Assembly: GCA_002790315.1 (NCBI GenBank)
Contig: PFUW01000040.1
Location: 1-42,809 of the forward strand
Origin: Candidatus Huberarchaeum crystalense
GTDB lineage: Archaea > Huberarchaeota > Huberarchaeia > Huberarchaeales > Huberarchaeaceae
Length of the DNA stretch: 42,809 bases
Direction of reading: 5' to 3'
In this document: positions 38,801-42,809 of the stretch, one piece after another
Numbering within the stretch: the stretch's first letter is position 1
Layout of the letters: each line of letters starts with the position of its first letter
Translations under genes and position numbers: made by a program
The notes under the pieces: model-generated
What the model was told of the DNA's origin: nothing
Databases searched by the model: none
What the model saw: the letters and a program-made list of their open reading frames with translations, nothing else

Positions 38801-41800
38801 GTCCATTCGAGTGGTTGGCCAAGCGAAGCATTTATTTGGTTTGTGTATTTGTAAAATGTTGGAGGAGCAATGATAATTCCTCTTTGCACGAGTGAGTAAT
38901 TAGAATTTGCGTCAGTTGAATATTCGCGCGCAGTTCCATTATACTCATCTGCTTTTGTTTGATTTGTCGAATAATATATTATATTTAACTGGTTTGCTCC
39001 AATATTATCGCCAGCAACAATAAATTTATTATCACGGTAGGTTTCATTAACTTTAAAGGCAAGCCAAAAATTTACTGTTTCATTTACATTTATTTTTGAA
39101 ATATTTTGAATTATTATTGTAGTATTTACAAAAAGAGGTATAATCTCAGAAGAGTTATAAATAAGTCCATCTGGAATATAATCAATTATTGTAATATTCC
39201 ACGCAGTTGAAGAGCCGTTGTTTTTCAATGAAATTGTATAATTTATTATATCATCGATGCTGACAGGTGTGTCAGATGTGCGTGTTTTGTTTGCGACAAT
39301 GTTTGGCTCTAAGACTGTAAATGTTGTTGAAGTCTCATTTACTGTTTCTGCTCCTTGGTTTGTAGAATTGAAAAATTCATTTGCTTCAGGGCCAGATGAG
39401 TAGTAAGAAGTATTTATCCTATTTTTAAGTTGCGTGCTGTTTGTATTGGTGCTGATATTTTCAACAAATGTAGAGTGGTTCATAATTATTGTAATTGGCG
39501 CAGAAATGTTACCCAAACTCGATTTACACTGCCATAAAAGAGATTCTGTTGTCTCATTCAGAACAGAACAGTTGAGTGTTGAATCATTGCAGAAGTAATT
39601 GCTGTTTGTTGTGTTTGTATATTTGCAAGTCGCGCTTCCATTAATATAGTGCAATCTGCTCTCTAAATAGTCATTAATTGTTATATTTTCAATTGTGCCG
39701 CATTTTATTTCTGTTGTAATTATATAATCCTGTTTTTCTCCGATACTAAGATTTGAATATTTTCTTTCTTTGATTATAAACGGGGCATTGGCGCCGATTA
39801 TAGTTGAGTTAGTGGTCTGATTGATTGTTGTGGCATAATTGCAATTAGCGCAGCTTCCATTTACAAAAGTCGTAGAATTATACGCTACGGGACAGGTAGG
39901 TTTTGCTTTTACTTGCGCGCTCCAAGTTTTACCTGCCAAAAGATCTATTGTCCAATTTATTGTTCTGTTGATTTCATTTATTTCTCCAGATACATTTGTC
40001 CAAAGATCGCTAAATCCTTCTGCTAAACTATGCAAAATCGTCAGATTATAAGCAGGCCCTCCATTGTTTGTTACTTTGATTGTCCATGTTCGATTTTCGC
40101 CAAAATTAACTGTCTGGGATGTGTTGGCAACTTCTAAATTTATAGATGGGTTTGTATAATTAATATTAGTGGTTTTTGCATCTGAAAATTCTTCTGAACA
40201 AGAATCAAAATAAGTTAAATTTACACTAACATTTCCGCTCGCTGCTGCGATGCATTGTTCTGATGAATTGAATGCGCGCACAGACACTATGATTTGCATA
40301 TTTGTATTATTTGTTTGGCTGCTTCCATTCCAAAGTATATGTTGGTTATTTATTTGCTTAAAATCGACTTGCGTTGAATTTCCAACTACCCACCACAAGT
40401 TTGCATATCTTAAATCATTTCCAAGTGTTGTGTTAATATTCCAATTGTGCGCTGGCAGAACATTGGTGTTTATGTTGAAAGTTATGTTTTTTTCTTCGCA
40501 AGGTCCGATTTCTGGCGCGCTTATGCTTGCAATTCTCATAATTGGTTGTGTGTCTAAATCAGATGTTGTTGAAGCGCATCCAATTGTGCAATTGCAATTG
40601 CCAGAATAACAGCCCCAACAAACAGTGGCATTGTTTTTTGTAGTTAAATTACAGCCTGTTATGTTAGCAGTAATGTTTATGCTTATTTGACTGTGGTTTG
40701 CTAATGTGTTAAGCGCGCACCAAAATAAATCATCAGATGTTCCTGACCCTCCAGTTGTTCCGTTCATAGATTCGCAGTTTGTGCTGTCAAAAAGTGTGTT
40801 AATTGGCAGAAGGTCTGTAATATTTATGCCGTACGCATCTGCGTTGCCAGTATTTTTTACAGTTATATTCCATATTATTTGAGATTTGTTTTCTTTTGCA
40901 ATCCACAGCGGAGTTTTTGTAATTGAAATCTCAGGGTCTAAAACAACAAATGTTGGCGAGTATTTTTCAAGAGTTGTACCAGTAGAGCCCTCTGCAAACT
41001 GGCAAACAGTTTGATATGTTATTTTTGCTTTTGATTGACTTTGACTTGGCGAACAACAAGAAGTGGCATTGTATTTAAAAAAAGGCTGAACTGTTTCATC
41101 TTTTTTTATTTTATCAATAACAAAAGTGATCGAACCGTCAGGATTATAAGTAATAGGGGAAACCACACTTTCGTTGATCGTCACTTGTGTAACATTAAAT
41201 CCTACAAAAGGTAAATAATTTATTGTAACATTATACAAACTTGTTTCTCCTTTCATTTCTATAGATAGGTTTGATGTGAAATTTGGATCGCTCAGGTTAG
41301 TAATGCAAAGCGTTACAGAATCCATCTCACTAACAGATACTTGAGTTATAGGTGTCTTAATTATTGCATAACTGCTTGCGCTACTGTTTGAACATTCAAC
41401 ATCAAAGCATCCAACTTTAACATCTGCAAAAAGAGACATATTGCTGCATTTGGTAACAGTTGCGTTTGCATTGAATTTCGCCAAGCTTGACGGCTCAATT
41501 TTATCAATTGAAAATGTTGCGTATTTGCTCGTGTTTTCTATCAAAGATATATTAGAACCAATAGGCGCAGACCAATTTGAATATTCCATTCCCTCATCAA
41601 AAGTTATATTTACGATCGCATTGTATGCTGCGCCAGGCCCTAGGTTTTTCACAATAATTTCATAAGTAGCTATATCTTCGCTTACAATATCTGGTTTTCT
41701 GTCAAAAGTTATCGAAAGCAATGGTTTTGTTAGAACAAGAGATTGCGAGGTGCTGACAGAGTGTTCGCAGCCGCATTCTGAGCAATTATTATCTGTTCCT

Positions 41801-42809
41801 TCACTTGTATCATTCAATTTGCAATAACCTGTTTTGCATCCATCATTCCAGTTTATCCAAGAAGCTATAGAATTTGCTGAATTGCATTTTGGAGTTGCAT
41901 TAAGTGTTAAAGTTGAGTCATAAAAAAATGTGTCGTTTCCGTCTGATAGCGCGCTAAGATTATATTTTAAAATGCAATCCCCTGTGCTACAATTAATTTC
42001 AGGATCAGCAATAAAACTTTGCGTGTTATTTATATAAGGTCCATTATCAATCATATATTCATCTGTTTGGGTTGTCTTTCCTTTTAATGTTAAGTTTGAA
42101 CTTCCGGCAGTATAATTCCAATTACTAATATTTACATACCATATAAGGTCGTGCGCTCCGCCGAGTATGTTCCATTCATCGAGATATAAAGATATTGGAA
42201 CTTGGGAACAAGTATCGTGCATCATAGGCATATTTAATTCCATATGTGGATGTGCTTTAAATATTTTTACTTCAAGATTTTTATGCGCGCCATTTCTTTC
42301 ACAAGGCGATTCGTGGCATACATTCCCCCCACTTCCGTCAGTTTCGCTGCGAATTATTGACTCAAAAATATAGCGAGTATAAATATCAAGCACATCCCAC
42401 TTTCCAACAGTTATATTATATGTTGCATTTATTGGGTGCGAAGAGTTAAGAATGCAGCCAGACCTATTTGTAGCATTTTCAGGTAATCCAGATATTACTG
42501 TAAAATTTGTTAAATTCCAATTTGCGCAAACAACATTACCTCCAATATCTGAATAATAATCTGGTTCTTTTGAAAATGAAACATTTATTGTTTGCAGTGA
42601 ACTTGAAACATTAACTTGAACAGCGCAGGTAAATCTAGCTGTTGTGTCGTGATAGTGAAAATTGTTTTTCATAAAGCACTCACTCCAAGTTAGATCTGTG
42701 TAAGACGCAGAGATATTGGTTGTGTAGGCGCTAGCAGTTATATTATAATCATGGCAAGATTCTTGGCGTTGTGGGCTTATTATTTTATTCATTCCAAATC
42801 CGCCAGGGC
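35896..42809 (-). CDS. Giant surface glycoprotein with DUF11/Ig-like repeats and a C-terminal membrane anchor (5' end outside the window)
   Basis: More than 2,298 aa; recurring I.K....G..I.YTI.IKN.G...A.N.TI.D repeats, dense N-x-S/T sequons, Cys-rich CGD..C motif, TM helix and Lys tail; frame open to the window edge. Confidence 0.85.
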   Translation of the reverse strand, partial: PGGFGMNKIISPQRQESCHDYNITASAYTTNISASYTDLTWSECFMKNNFHYHDTTARFTCAVQVNVSSSLQTINVSFSKEPDYYSDIGGNVVCANWNLTNFTVISGLPENATNRSGCILNSSHPINATYNITVGKWDVLDIYTRYIFESIIRSETDGSGGNVCHESPCERNGAHKNLEVKIFKAHPHMELNMPMMHDTCSQVPISLYLDEWNILGGAHDLIWYVNISNWNYTAGSSNLTLKGKTTQTDEYMIDNGPYINNTQSFIADPEINCSTGDCILKYNLSALSDGNDTFFYDSTLTLNATPKCNSANSIASWINWNDGCKTGYCKLNDTSEGTDNNCSECGCEHSVSTSQSLVLTKPLLSITFDRKPDIVSEDIATYEIIVKNLGPGAAYNAIVNITFDEGMEYSNWSAPIGSNISLIENTSKYATFSIDKIEPSSLAKFNANATVTKCSNMSLFADVKVGCFDVECSNSSASSYAIIKTPITQVSVSEMDSVTLCITNLSDPNFTSNLSIEMKGETSLYNVTINYLPFVGFNVTQVTINESVVSPITYNPDGSITFVIDKIKKDETVQPFFKYNATSCCSPSQSQSKAKITYQTVCQFAEGSTGTTLEKYSPTFVVLDPEISITKTPLWIAKENKSQIIWNITVKNTGNADAYGINITDLLPINTLFDSTNCESMNGTTGGSGTSDDLFWCALNTLANHSQISINITANITGCNLTTKNNATVCWGCYSGNCNCTIGCASTTSDLDTQPIMRIASISAPEIGPCEEKNITFNINTNVLPAHNWNINTTLGNDLRYANLWWVVGNSTQVDFKQINNQHILWNGSSQTNNTNMQIIVSVRAFNSSEQCIAAASGNVSVNLTYFDSCSEEFSDAKTTNINYTNPSINLEVANTSQTVNFGENRTWTIKVTNNGGPAYNLTILHSLAEGFSDLWTNVSGEINEINRTINWTIDLLAGKTWSAQVKAKPTCPVAYNSTTFVNGSCANCNYATTINQTTNSTIIGANAPFIIKERKYSNLSIGEKQDYIITTEIKCGTIENITINDYLESRLHYINGSATCKYTNTTNSNYFCNDSTLNCSVLNETTESLLWQCKSSLGNISAPITIIMNHSTFVENISTNTNSTQLKNRINTSYYSSGPEANEFFNSTNQGAETVNETSTTFTVLEPNIVANKTRTSDTPVSIDDIINYTISLKNNGSSTAWNITIIDYIPDGLIYNSSEIIPLFVNTTIIIQNISKINVNETVNFWLAFKVNETYRDNKFIVAGDNIGANQLNIIYYSTNQTKADEYNGTAREYSTDANSNYSLVQRGIIIAPPTFYKYTNQINASLGQPLEWTIITNTTRGGVKNLTLFDNSTNFNITAIENCTFTYLNSTAASCVSNCKIINNNTVYCNFSDVRIGILNLNFEGFVNNASNLHKGSILYNFANITYYNSTNETFKINANASIVILEPNITISKTVNPQQQAPGFPINYTITIKNEGNSIAXXXXDRRNLTYFFSNVNVSETIIITISARVKTKYDNNSDVIIGDYLLNKADAVSMSWNSQNSRNYTTNASADLLVVEPNLLLSITQQNNSLPSGAINNYTFYLCNYGNSTTYNISFNATLLSGVVFINWSATTTPISNSQINLSDGSQMLLYMFDNLTNGSCINISVLAFINNTYSNNTFLNQDDTVQISANLSGWSAPSNGHQYNHTNTISTNVELPNIIITKTSISESYPNQNITYNISICNAGKGVAYNITTTDILANGTTFLNATPTPNSTTQINNRTRTLIWKISSIENNTCYTITINASINETYEDTNISGTYKQGEYVRAEENLTNHINATYLSYISGPYQEFNTLTNHTMKMQSVVLEILNISIPSKVYPCQDFTGNLTIKNTGNITAYNVIAHYVMNGIYFVDVLSLKFSNNISNVENEWSAIISKIVPNETLNITFIGRPHAINDTINATLFITDDTIFNTRNSTIMNVSAPHLVLDTKKISDKIEYKKEVEYQINITNKGNDIAKNVIVFVGAYGFELISTDAQLDNGAPAHTYTSFDLSQNESKIINLKLKVIKYGDLSLRFENKIYCNWDCENKEIYSLFYLIPPKTSKYQHCHRIFYKFTTPICANQKICLIIPSNENANCGGCCDAFMTNFTLNIDNQTTHKIQPNQIFCFNTTIGTHLLTFSRHNLYNTPTIINVKNCSNCTCGDKVCDSTCKENYKNSLEDYSKIPVCRDEKCEGNETCLTCETDCGKCNATKEDHIITSLSNKTNQGQHSCCLFGLGCNLRFIACWYWWVLLILAVIVGYYIYIYKNYKEYKKPKIKNQKK

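Noticed and set aside
334-42373. Many short antisense ORFs inside long genes
   Set aside because: Shadow frames of well-supported genes with no motifs of their own.

Overview
Chromosomal segment of a very AT-rich (roughly 28-30% GC by eye), reduced archaeon. A DPANN-type symbiont is inferred from split genes, broken ribosomal operons and scattered gene remnants. It is a draft scaffold with many short N gaps. Most of it is housekeeping: Dph6, split Dph2, RPA, Cbf5, Trm1, histone, TBP, uS3, uL22, TrmB-like regulator, AglH, RpoE', NYN protein, PolB, split GatD, SecD/SecF, AspRS, LonB, LeuRS, DUF63, uL5, four tRNAs (Lys-CTT, Val-TAC, Leu-CAA, Thr-CGT) and the 3' part of a >2,300-aa surface glycoprotein. 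Unusual features: (1) the palindrome GCGCGC occurs at about 50 sites where fewer than one is expected, like a HIP1-type iterated palindrome; (2) a short serine recombinase lies among four copies of a 34-bp bipartite site and one 28-bp dyad, with two direct copies tightly bracketing a two-gene membrane-protein cassette; (3) a decaying, probably foreign block has in-frame TAG codons in two neighbouring genes; (4) a lipoprotein gene appears assembled from a copied upstream block and a copied signal peptide, and the copied block preserves the C-terminus missing from aglH; (5) a hairpin repeat array is built from the tRNA-Leu 3' end. All calls are from motif recognition by eye; no searches were run.
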